64,000 bases of DNA from Macrostomum lignano (taxonomy: Eukaryota), in assembly GCA_002269645.1 (NCBI GenBank), contig NIVC01000255.1:684395-748394 (forward strand), written 5' to 3'. Positions 25,382 to 36,625 of this stretch are shown here, piece after piece (within the stretch, counting starts at the first letter, position 1; each line of letters opens with the position of its first letter). The position numbers and the translations under genes were made by a program. Below the pieces are notes generated by a model that was not told the DNA's origin, did no database searches, and saw only the letters and a program-made list of their open reading frames with translations.

Positions 25382-26638
25382 GCTATCCGTGCAGGCAGTC
25401 AGTCTATTTGTGAATTTTCTGGTGGATCTGAAGAAAACCCGTCCGGCACAGGATTAAAGAGAAAGAGACGATCTGTTTTGGGTGAGTATTATCTGCTGTA
25501 GAAGTATTGTACACCAGAGTACTTGTGTTACTTGGTAGAGCACAATTCAAAAGCAATGCAACAATCTCAGTGGCATTGTTGGGACACAAGCTACAAACGC
25601 AATGAATAGTAAACACAGCCCAGCCTAGCTCAAGGCTAGTAATTTGTTGGGCATTTATTGGGACATTGCAGCCAGGCCTATTTTTTGAACAGCATTTGTT
25701 GGGTCGCACTTATTGGGACAATACTGATTCTAATCGCGACTACTTCTGAGTTCTGACTTTTCAAAACAGACCCAGCATTAGTTGAACACGTTCTATTAAA
25801 GGGTTCCTTTATAGCCTATTAATGATTACTAAAGGCAAGCCTATCTTAATTGATTTCTTTTCCTCGCAGATTCTGAAGTCAGCACGCCAGCGACATGCCT
25901 AAGAGACAAGAATGCGCTTTAACGATCAGCAGCGAGCATTCTGATCTCGCCGCTGCATCCGTCATTTGGTTCACTTGCTGCTCACAAGCCGCAGCAGCAG
26001 CCAGCAGCAGCAGCAGCAGCAGCAGCAGCCGCTATCCGTGCAGGCAGTCAGTCTATTTGTGAATTTTCTGGTGGATCTGAAGAAAACCCGTCCGGCACAG
26101 GATTAAAGAGAAAGAGACGATCTGTTTTGGGTGAGTATTATCTGCTGTAGAAGTATTGTACACCAGAGTACTTGTGTTACTTGGTAGAGCACAATTCAAA
26201 AGCAATGCAACAATCTCAGTGGCATTGTTGGGACACAAGCTACAAACGCAATGAATAGTAAACACAGCCCAGCCTAGCTCAAGGCTAGTAATTTGTTGGG
26301 CATTTATTGGGACATTGCAGCCAGGCCTATTTTTTGAACAGCATTTGTTGGGTCGCACTTATTGGGACAATACTGATTCTAATCGCGACTACTTCTGAGT
26401 TCTGACTTTTCAAAACAGACCCAGCATTAGTTGAACACGTTCTATTAAAGGGTTCCTTTATAGCCTATTAATGATTACTAAGCAAGCCTATCTTAATTGA
26501 TTTCTTTTCCTCGCAGATTCTGAAGTCAGCCACGCCAGCGACATGCCTAAGAGACAAGAATGCGCTTTAACGATCAGCAGCGAGCATTCTGATCTCGCCG
26601 CTGCATCCGTCATTTGGTTCACTTGCTGCTCACAAGCC

Positions 26639-26677
<39 letters not shown>

Positions 26678-27286
26678 GCTATCCGTGCAGGCAGTCAGTC
26701 TATTTGTGAATTTTCTGGTGGATCTGAAGAAAACCCGTCCGGCACAGGATTAAAGAGAAAGAGACGATCTGTTTTGGGTGAGTATTATCTGCTGTAGAAG
26801 TATTGTACACCAGAGTACTTGTGTTACTTGGTAGAGCACAATTCAAAAGCAATGCAACAATCTCAGTGGCATTGTTGGGACACAAGCTACAAACGCAATG
26901 AATAGTAAACACAGCCCAGCCTAGCTCAAGGCTAGTAATTTGTTGGGCATTTATTGGGACATTGCAGCCAGGCCTATTTTTTGAACAGCATTTGTTGGGT
27001 CGCACTTATTGGGACAATACTGATTCTAATCGCGACTACTTCTGAGTTCTGACTTTTCAAAACAGACCCAGCATTAGTTGAACACGTTCTATTAAAGGGT
27101 TCCTTTATAGCCTATTAATGATTACTAAGGCAAGCCTATCTTAATTGATTTCTTTTCCTCGCAGATTCTGAAGTCAGCCACGCCAGCGACATGCCTAAGA
27201 GACAAGAATGCGCTTTAACGATCAGCAGCGAGCATTCTGATCTCGCCGCTGCATCCGTCATTTGGTTCACTTGCTGCTCACAAGCC

Positions 27287-27325
<39 letters not shown>

Positions 27326-27933
27326 GCTATCCGTGCAGGCAGTCAGTCTATTTGTGAATTTTCTGGTGATCTGAAGAAAACCCGTCCGGCACAGGATTAA
27401 AGAGAAAGAGACGATCTGTTTTGGGTGAGTATTATCTGCTGTAGAAGTATTGTACACCAGAGTACTTGTGTTACTTGGTAGAGCACAATTCAAAAGCAAT
27501 GCAACAATCTCAGTGGCATTGTTGGGACACAAGCTACAAACGCAATGAATAGTAAACACAGCCCAGCCTAGCTCAAGGCTAGTAATTTGTTGGGCATTTA
27601 TTGGGACATTGCAGCCAGGCCTATTTTTTGAACAGCATTTGTTGGGTCGCACTTATTGGGACAATACTGATTCTAATCGCGACTACTTCTGAGTTCTGAC
27701 TTTTCAAAACAGACCCAGCATTAGTTGAACACTTTCTATTAAAGGGTTCCTTTATAGCCTGTTAATGATTACTAAGGCAAGCCTATCTTAATTGATTTCT
27801 TTTCCTCGCAGATTCTGAAGTCAGCAACGCCAGCGACATGCCTAAGAGACAAGAATGCGCTTTAACGATCAGCAGCGAGCATTCTGATCTCGCCGCTGCA
27901 TCCGTCATTTGGTTCACTTGCTGCTCACAAGCC

Positions 27934-27987
<54 letters not shown>

Positions 27988-28050
27988 GCTATCTGTGCAG
28001 CAGTCAGTTAATTCATGAGTTTTCTGGCGGAGCTGGATATTTTTTAATTT
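17056..28050 (+). repeat. Tandem array of ~647-bp units (17 ATG-bearing copies plus a partial first unit), each an intron plus a ~261-nt exon-like segment with a (GCA)n tract
   Basis: ATGCCTAAGAG starts at 17485, 18135, 18777, 19434, 20084, 20732, 21379, 22026, 22669, 23315, 23966, 24611, 25257, 25895, 26543, 27191, 27838. Units are nearly identical except around the CAG/GCA tract. Acceptor TTTCTTTTCCTCGCAG and donor TTTTGG|GTGAGT recur; the last copy lacks the donor. Confidence 0.97.
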
Positions 28051-28206
28051 TCTGAATTGAGAAGCCGATTAACTGTTGTGTGCTTCACTGGAATATTATT
28101 TAGAGGATGCATTTTTTGCAGTCTGTTTCTATTAAAATCCGGTGCAATGACCGCGGTAGAGCTCTAGCATTTGCTTTTTATAGTATTTGTGTATATTCTT
28201 TTTCAA

Positions 28207-28388
28207 GCTATGCTGGAATTGTTGGGACAGCCCTATCCACACTGGCTATGCTGGAATTGTTGGGACAGCCCTATCCACTGGCTATGCTGGAATTGTTGGG
28301 ACAGCCCTATCCACACTGGCTATGCTGGATTTGTTGGGACAGCCCTATCCACACTGGCTATGCTGGAATTGTTGGGACAGCCCTATAC
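28207..28388. repeat. 38-bp tandem repeat, ~5 copies (GCTATGCTGGAATTGTTGGGACAGCCCTATCCACACTG)
   Basis: Unit starts at 28207, 28245, 28281, 28319, 28357. Confidence 0.93.
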
Positions 28389-29429
28389 TATAGTGTGTGC
28401 TGGCTTCTGCTATAGTGTGGTTCATTTCCGCATCCTTTTACGTAGCATTCTGTGGGTCCGAATAGCTGACATGTACCTTTTGAGTAATTCTAGTGATTGT
28501 GTCATAATCAATAAAGTACATTTTTATGAACAGTGGAGTTTCGCTACAGAATTGTTTTTTCCCAGTGGCACTAAATGTAGCAAATTTTGTTTATTCAGAT
28601 CGTAAAATTTTTTTGATATGTGTCAATGTCGTTTGTTTTCGATAACCTTAAAGTCCCTTGCCATTTACCATCCTGTCTTCTATAATCTATGATCGCTGAA
28701 ATTATCCGGTGAAATTTGACGCGCTGATATTATTGCCTTAAGTGGAATTCAGCAAGACACCAGGGTTTTTTAATTCTGTTTTAGACAAGTATACATGTAC
28801 AATCTGTTGTGAGTTCAATGCACCTCGAAAAATGCTTTCCAACTGTTTTCAGTAAGCCAAAAGCATGTTGTCAATAAAAATCGATTTGGTGGGTTGAAAA
28901 TTGCCTGTGTGGGGACGTGTGTGTGTGTGATTTTTCGTGTGTCGGAGCAGTCCCAATATGTGCAAGCTTTTGCACACTTGGCCAATAAGTGCCTCGTGCA
29001 CGTTTGTGTGTGTGTGTGTGTGTTTGTGTGTGTACTTTTAACTTATTTATGAATTATCCAGATCTCCACTCGCTCTTCCTCTTCGCTTTCCCGAATTTCA
29101 TTTTCATTTTTGCTAAATTTGGATACCAATTTTTTTCCAGAAAAAGGAACACTCTCACAAGCTGTTTTTTCAGAGCTTTAACACGATAAATTGACTTGAA
29201 AATTGAATACAAATGATTCGTATTGTCTGTTTTATACGTTCACTTTGTTTAACTGTTTTTATAAATTGTCAAATTTTAATAAATTTCTTTTTGATAAATA
29301 TATTTTTGCATTGTTGATTGAGAACTTCTAAGAAAATACAGTTTCCCTTGATTTCTATTGAAGTGGGATTAATGGTTTTTTTAAGGAAAATTAGGAATTG
29401 AAAGGAAGAATCAAGGATTTCTTTAAAAG

Positions 29430-30000
29430 TTGGTTTTGGTGGGTTTCTAGGAAATTTTGGTTCGATACGTTTCTAGGTAATGTTGGTTTAGTGGGTTTCT
29501 AGGAAAATTGGTTTCGGTGGGTTTCTAGAAAAATTTTATTCAGTGAGTTTCTAGGAAAGTTTTGGTTTGGTGGGTTTCTAGGAAAGTAGGTTTCGGTGGC
29601 AGGTTTCTAGGAAAATTACTAGTTGATTTGGTGAGTTTCTAGGAAAGTTTTGTTCTGTAAGTTCCTAGAAAAGTTGAATTTAGTGGGTTTCTAGGAAAAT
29701 TTGGTGCAGTGAGTTTCTAGGAAAATTTGGTTCGATGGGTTTCTAAAGTGGGAAACTAAGGCTCCAGACGATTTCTAGGCAAGTTGAATTTAAGATTTCT
29801 AAAGAAAGTTTAGGTTGGGGACATTTCTAGGAAAGTACGATGCATGGATTGCTGCTAGAAAATTCTAATTCAGAGAATATATAGGAAAGTAGGATTCTGG
29901 TATATCTAGATTCGGGGGATTTCTAGGAATATCTAAGAAAAATGGTTTCAAGTTGGTTTCTAAGAAAGTAGGGTTCGGAGTTTTCTAGGAAATTAGGGTA
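29430..30000. repeat. Degenerate repeat with conserved TTTCTAGGAAA core upstream of PGGT1B
   Basis: More than a dozen TTCTAG/AGAA cores separated by variable spacers. Confidence 0.8.
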
Positions 30001-30083
30001 TACAGAGGACTCCTATGTAGCTCCGTGCAGTTTAGCCAGAGTTCATAAAAAATCTATTAGAATCCTCACCAACTCTGCACTGC

Positions 30084-32883
30084 ATGCTGACAAGCCAAAT
30101 GTCTAACATCAGCGCGGGAGACAGCTCCAGCAGTGACGATGAAGGCCGCAGTCGGCGGTGTCGCCAACAGCAGCAGCTGCCAGACATGGAGAAGTTCAGC
30201 GCCCAGCTCACCAAGTACTGCAGGCGGGTGCTGACCTGCCTGCCCTCGCACTGCAGCGGCTACGATCAGAACAGATTGGTGTTTGCTTGGTTTGCCATCT
30301 CCACTATGGACATGCTGGATAGGACTCAGGAGCTAAATAGGTATCAGTTCTGATCATCTAGTCTCAGTCTAATCTATCATCTAATCTCATTCTAATCTAT
30401 CGTCTAATCTCATCCTAATCTATCATCTAATCTCATTATAATCCAGCATCTAATCTTACATTTTCGTCAAGCATTTAATCTCGCCTTAATCCCACATCTA
30501 ATATCACCCTAATCAGACTTCTAATATCACCATAATCTAGCATCCAATCTCACCCTAATCTAGCATCTAATCTCACCCTAATCCAGCATCTAATGTAATC
30601 TCACCCTAATCCAGCATCTAATGTAATCTCACCCTAATCTAGCATCTTATCTCACCCTAATCCAGCAACTAATCTCACCCTAATACCACATCTAATCTCA
30701 CCCTAATCAAACATCTAATCTCACCCTAAACCGGCATTTAATCTCACCCTCAACCCGCACAACGCCTCCCGCAGGCAGGAGATCATAGACTGGGTGTACA
30801 GCCTTCAGATTCTCCCCAGCTCCGGCCGGCCCGTTGCCAACTGCGGCTTCCGCGGCGCTCCCCTGCTGGGCAGCCCGGCGGATCCGCACCTGGACGCCGA
30901 GAATCCGCTGCCGTACGATGCCAGCCACCTCACCATGGTATTCGCCGGCCTGGGCATCCTGCTCATGCTCGGCGACGATCTTCAACGAGTCGATCGAGAC
31001 GCCGTTCTTAGCGGAGTCGCGGCCCTGCAGACGCCGGCGGGCTGCTTCACGGCTGGCAAATTTGCTCCGGAAAGCGACTTGCGATTCGTGTTCTCCGCCT
31101 GCGTGTCCTGCTATTATTTGAACGATTTCACCAAAATCGACGTTGACAGAAGTGTGAGCGAATTTTGTTTAAATGTCGTTATATATTCTTTATGAAATCC
31201 AAAACTGACGTTTCTAAGAAAATTCTAGCCGCTTTTGTTTCTGGGGAATTCGAACCTCGTCCGTTTCTACTAAGTTGCAATATGCTTTCTAGGAAACACC
31301 AGTTGTTGCGTTTCTAAGAAATTCTTGTAGAACCCGTTTCTAAGAAGTTCCTGTCGCAACCGTTTCTAGGAAATTTCCTATCGCATCCGTTTCTAGGAAA
31401 TTCCTATCGATCCGTTTCTAGGAAATTCCTATCGCATCCGTTTCTATGAAATTCCTATCGCATCCGTTTCTAAGAAATTCCTATCGCACCCGTTTCTAAG
31501 AAATTCCTATCGCACCCGGCCCGTTTCTAAGAAATTCCTATCGTATCTGTTTCTAAGAAATTCCTATTGCACCCGTTTCTAAGAAATTCCTATCGCACCC
31601 GTTTCTAAGAAATTCCTATCGCACCCGTTTCTAAGAAATTCCTATCGCACCCGTTTCTAAGAAATTCCTATCGCACCCGTTTCTAATAAATTCCTATCGC
31701 ACCCGTTTCTAAGAAATTCCTATCGCACCCGTTTCTAAGAAATTCCTATCGCATCCGTTTATGAAATTCAAATTTGTCCTGTTTCCGGGAAATTATAAAT
31801 TTTGTTTTTCAAGTTCCAACGAAACTCCAATCCGGCCCTGTGGCCCTGCAAACGTCGACAAGGACCGCAAGCACTGGTTTAGAAAATTCCAACGAGCCAT
31901 TTCTTGGAACGCCCCCCCACCTGTTGCTGATTATTCTTGGTAGTTTTATTTCTGCTGTTTCCAGGAGATTCAAATTTCTATTTCTGAAAAACTTCATAAT
32001 CTGTAATTTCGACTGGATATCTAAAATGAGAGAATCTCAAACTGCCATTCTATATTTGAGAAATCCTAAATTGTTTTTAAAAATCCATCAACTGAAATTT
32101 CTAAGAAAATATAACGGTCGTTTCTAGGAAATCTCTGAAACCGTTTCTTGGAAATCTCAACATGTCATTTCGATATATTTTTGAGGAAATTTTTTTGAAA
32201 ACTGACTAAACGGTATGTTTTATACAGCAATATTATTTTCAGTGTCACTAATTCTACTTAACATTTGCGATTGTTCTACTTCAAGTAGAAATGCACACAT
32301 TTTGCTGCAATTTTTTGCTATAAATTGTGAAAAAATGATAAATTATCTGTAGGTCGCCTTCCTGCTGGCCTGCCAGACCTACGAAGGCGGCTTCGGTCAG
32401 CGGCCCGGCTCTGAGGCTCACGGCGGCTCCACCTTCTGCGCCATCGCTTCGTTGAAACTTCTCGGCAGGCTGGACTCCGCCCTGCCAGCCGACAGTCGCC
32501 AACGTTCGCGCCTGTTGCGCTGGCTTTGCCAGCGTCAGCACCGCGGCTTCCACGGCCGACCGTACAAGGACGACGATTCCTGCTATACGTTCTGGATTGG
32601 AGCCTCCCTGGCAGCCCTTGGCCGGGCCAATCTGATTGACCGATCGGCCCTTGTTGAATTCGTTTTCAGCTGCTACAGCGGCATGGAGGGCGGCTTCTCT
32701 AAGTATCCGGGCGACTCCGCCGACCCGCTGCACACCTACCTGGCTCTGGCTGGCTTGGCCGCCCTCCGCCTCGAGGACGAGCGGCTGGAACCCATCCGGC
32801 CTGAGGCCAACATCACCGAGAGGGCTCACCTGCATATGCTGGCCCTGCATCGGGCTGCTGCCGCTTCTGCTGCTTCTCACTGA
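30084..32883 (+). CDS. PGGT1B: Geranylgeranyl transferase type-1 subunit beta, 3 exons, ~388 aa
   Basis: Exons 30084-30340, 30775-31153, 32353-32883 sum to 1167 nt, in frame. Motifs IIDWVYSLQ, CGFRG, YDASHLTM, ESDLRFVFSAC, EAHGGSTFCAIASL, GFHGRPYK, DSCYTFWIGA, GGFSKYP, DPLHTY. Zinc ligands D/C/H are intact. The true start could be the second ATG (30099). Confidence 0.95.
30350..30750. repeat. ~21-bp minisatellite (CTCACCCTAATCCAGCATCTAAT-like), PGGT1B intron 1
   Basis: Tandem periodicity that sharpens toward the 3' end. Confidence 0.88.
31200..31760. repeat. ~26-bp minisatellite (CCGTTTCTAAGAAATTCCTATCGCAC)n, PGGT1B intron 2
   Basis: Tandem periodicity. Confidence 0.92.
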
Positions 32884-33034
32884 TCTCTTCTCTTCCTTCA
32901 TCTCTCTTCCTTATTTTGCTTTTCGCGAGCTCAAGTTGGATTGAGTTGCGAGTTGAGCTATCAGAGCTGGCTATCAAAGTGTTTTGACAATATTAGGTTT
33001 TGAAGCTTGTGAAACTTCGAGGTTATGAAGCCCC

Positions 33035-33310
33035 TTCCTTTACCTCCCTAATCTCTCCCTTCATCTCTCTAATCTCTTCCTTCATCTCCCTGATCTCTTC
33101 CTTCACCTCCCTATTATCTCCCTTCACCTCCCTAATCTCTCCCTTCACCTCCCTAATCTCTCCCTTCACCTCCCTAATCTCTCCCTTCATCTTCCTAATC
33201 TCTCCCTTCACCTCCCTAATCTCTCCCTTCACCTCCCTAATCTCTCCCTTCACCTCCCTAATCTCTCCCTTCATCTTCCTAATCTCTCCCTTCACCTCTC
33301 TAGTCTCTCC
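33035..33310. repeat. 21-bp minisatellite (CTAATCTCTCCCTTCACCTCC)n
   Basis: Tandem periodicity downstream of the PGGT1B stop. Confidence 0.92.
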
Positions 33311-34619
33311 GGTTTAATCAATTTTCATTCCTTGTCTTCCTCACTTTATTTCTCTTTCTCCTTTTCTCACTTGCCTAATTTTTATTATCTTATAACCTTT
33401 ATCAATCAAAAAGTCCAGAAGTAAACATTGCTTCATCCTACTCAAACCTGAGCAGCTAATGGTTATTAATCAGATAACCCCGCGGATAATTTATATATGT
33501 AATTTGTTTAAGTCAATTCCCACTCTTCACCAAGTTTGACTACTGCGTTAGACTACTCATAGAACAGTAGTAGAATTTGCGTGTGCAAAGATAAATTCTC
33601 ATTAGTTAAATGGGATTGCGTACGCGTACCGAACATGCCTGACTGTGTTTTTGCTAAACTTTCTCAAGCCTAGAAGCTTTCAATAAAGGCAGACCAACAA
33701 CTTCTTAATGCTTCTACACTGTGGGTTTTTGGGTGACAGAGTGATTTAACTCTCATCCAGTGAGTTCTTGCGCTTTTTTACGAAGTACAGTTTGTCAGAG
33801 CAAAAAGAATCTATAGTTGAGTAACAGTAAAGTTCTAATTTGTAGAGCAAACAAGTATAATTCTTTATATTTTTGTTGGTTTCTTTTCACAGCTAAAAAT
33901 TATATAGGTTTATATAACAGTTTATATAAATTTCTCTATTAGATTCTGACATTTTGAACGATAAAATTCAACACAGGTTAGAGGCATCAGCAACAAGAAC
34001 CAAAAAATAAAGCGCAAAAACTTTCAGGGTGACCTTAAAAAATTTGTTCAATTATTTTGTCGATTTTGTACTACTTACATAGGGGTCCCATAAGTAGTAC
34101 AAAAGTTTATTTGTTAAGAAGCATTAACATGGCAATTTTAGCACGATCGATCGAATATGTACAAAATTATAACCTCTATCTATCTAACTGATTTTAAAAA
34201 ATTATTTTATAAATGATTTTTTGAAAATAGATCAACGAAACAGAAACTTCAATTCCTTGCTTAGGTTCTTTAATTATTGCTATATGCGCGGTTGGTGAAT
34301 GAAAGAAGATGTAATAAAATATTTGTTTTGAAGGTATTCTGATTTTCTGGTTCTCTACGGTCCTCCCCTCTCAACACCTTTTTCCGCTTTTATTCTGCGG
34401 TGCGTGGCAGAAGGGGGTCTTGTTTATCAATTATATTTGTTAAATTGGTTTGCAATTTCACCGTTTCATCTTTGATGGTGGACAGTTTCTTTTTTCAAAA
34501 GTTTATTGCTGAGAAATTGGTTCGATTCTCGTTCTTTGTTTTTTTCTGATATTCACGTCAGCTTTTCGTTGACTTTGTTTACTAACTTTTAGGGAGAGAA
34601 AAACAATTAGGGTTGGATT

Positions 34620-35250
34620 GAAATTATAGTGAGATTAGAAATTGCCTGAGATTAGACAGGGGTAGATTGGGATTGGACAAAGGAAGAGTGAGATTAGACA
34701 GGGTATGTGAAATTAGGCAGAGGAGAGTGAGATTAGTCAGGGGAGACTGAGATTAGACACGGGAGGCTGAGATTAGAAAGGGGCAGACTGAGGTTAGACA
34801 GGGGGAGACTGAGATTAAGCAAAGGATGTGATATTAGACAGGGGAGAGAGATTGACGGGGTGTAAGATTAGACAAAGGGAAAGTGAGATTAGACAGGGGC
34901 AGACTGAGATTAGACACGGGAGGCTGAGATTAGACAGGGGCAGACTGAGATTAGACACGGGAGGCTGAGATTAGACAGGGGCAGACTGAGATTAGACAGG
35001 GGAGGCTGAGATTAGACAGGGGCAGACTGAGATTAGACAGGGGAGACTGAGATTAGACAGGGGAGACTGAGATTAAGCAAAGGGTGTGATATTAGACAGG
35101 GGAGAGAGATTGACGGGGTGTAAGATTAGACAGAGGGAAAGTGAGATTAGAAAGGGGGTTGAGATTAGACTGTGACAGTGAGATTAGACAGGGGAGTGAG
35201 ATTAGAGAAGGAAGTGAGCTTAGACAGGGTAAGGGTGAGCTTAGACAGGT
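34620..35250. repeat. ~21-bp minisatellite (GAGATTAGACAGGGGCAGACT)n
   Basis: Tandem periodicity. Confidence 0.9.
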
Positions 35251-35944
35251 ATAAGTATTTGTGAGATAGTCGAGATTAATACAGTTGATACACTGCAAGT
35301 TAGGAAAACTTATCTTAACTGAGATTGTAATGGCAATATGATGTAATTTGTTATGCACTTAGTGGCACTTAGATTTAGATTGACATCAGTCGGTCTGCGT
35401 ATATTTAATCATGCTTAGTTACATAAATGGTGTTCATAGAAGATACAGTGTTGCTAAAAATAGCATCGGAAATGATCAAACTGGATAGAAGGAAAGATTT
35501 TCAATTGCGCTGCAGCTTTGCCTGGCATGGCGCAAAAGCAACACAAGGCCAGCGTGACTGTCGCACACTGAAAAGGTTGCGCAATAGACCGTCTTGCGGT
35601 TGCGACGTGCGTCATAAGGAATAAATCGAGGGGGGAGAGGAAAGGAACTAAGAACTAAGCTTGTTATTGCCTGGTTTCTAAGCCAATATGACGTAATACC
35701 ATTTTGGCAGCAAATGTGATATCAGATATGTTGCGAGGGTAGCTTTGAAGGTTGAAGAATTAACGTCTTGTATAATGTTACACCGCTGGGTGCGTGTCTT
35801 GGTTAGAGAAATATTGTGTATATTGGCCTATCCTTAACAGATGCATGGTTGCTTTCGACGTTGGCAGCCAAATTACGAGTAGAAGGGGTTGCTAAGGACG
35901 CTGCAGAACTGACTCCAGCGTCTCTTGTAACGCCACAGGCACAA

Positions 35945-36625
35945 GGCACAGGCCACAGGCACTCATTTTAGCGCCAAAGGCACTCATTTTAGCGCCACAG
36001 GCACTCATTTTAGCGCCAAAGGCACTCATTTTAGCGCCACAGGCACTCATTTTAGCGCCACAGGCACTCATTTTAGCGCCACAGGCACTCATTTTAGCGC
36101 TCACGGACTCATTTTAGCGCCGCAGGCATTCATTTTGGCGCCGCAGGCACTCATTTTAGCGCCGCAGGCACTCATTTTGGCGCCGCAGGCATTCATTTTG
36201 GCGCCGCAGGCACTCATTTTAGCGCCGTACGCACTCATTTTAGCGCCACAGGCACTCATTTTAGCGCCACAGGCACTCATTTTAGCGCTCACGGACTCAT
36301 TTTGGCGCCGCAGGCATTCATTTTGGCGCCGCAGGCACTCATTTTAGCGCCGCAGGCACTCATTTTGGCGCCGCAGGCATTCATTTTGGCGCTGCAGGCA
36401 CTCATTTTAGCGCCGCAGGCACTCATTTTAGCGCCGCAGGCACTCATTTTAGCGCCGCAGGCACTCATTTTGGCGCCACAGGCACTCATTTTAGCGTCGC
36501 AGGCACTCATTTTAGCGCCGCAGGCACTCATTTTAGCGCCGCAGACACTCATTTTGGCGCCACAGGCACTCATTTTAGCGCTCACGGACTTATTTTGGCG
36601 TCGCAGGCGCTATATTTTGGCGCCC
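35945..36625. repeat. 21-bp minisatellite (GGCACTCATTTTAGCGCCRCA)n
   Basis: Tandem periodicity; translates as spurious (AKMSACG)n. Confidence 0.95.

Noticed and set aside
17645-27652. Repeated minus-strand 101-aa ORF MRPNKCCSKNRPG...
   Set aside because: It is antisense to the unit with canonical plus-strand splice signals, has no recognisable domain, and is repeated only because the DNA is repeated.
17056-28050. Array as CRISPR, 5S rRNA, snRNA, spliced-leader RNA or tRNA cluster
   Set aside because: There is no repeat-spacer structure; units are identical throughout. I could not recognise 5S, U1/U2/U6, SL or tRNA signatures on either strand. An Rfam/Infernal scan would be the decisive check.
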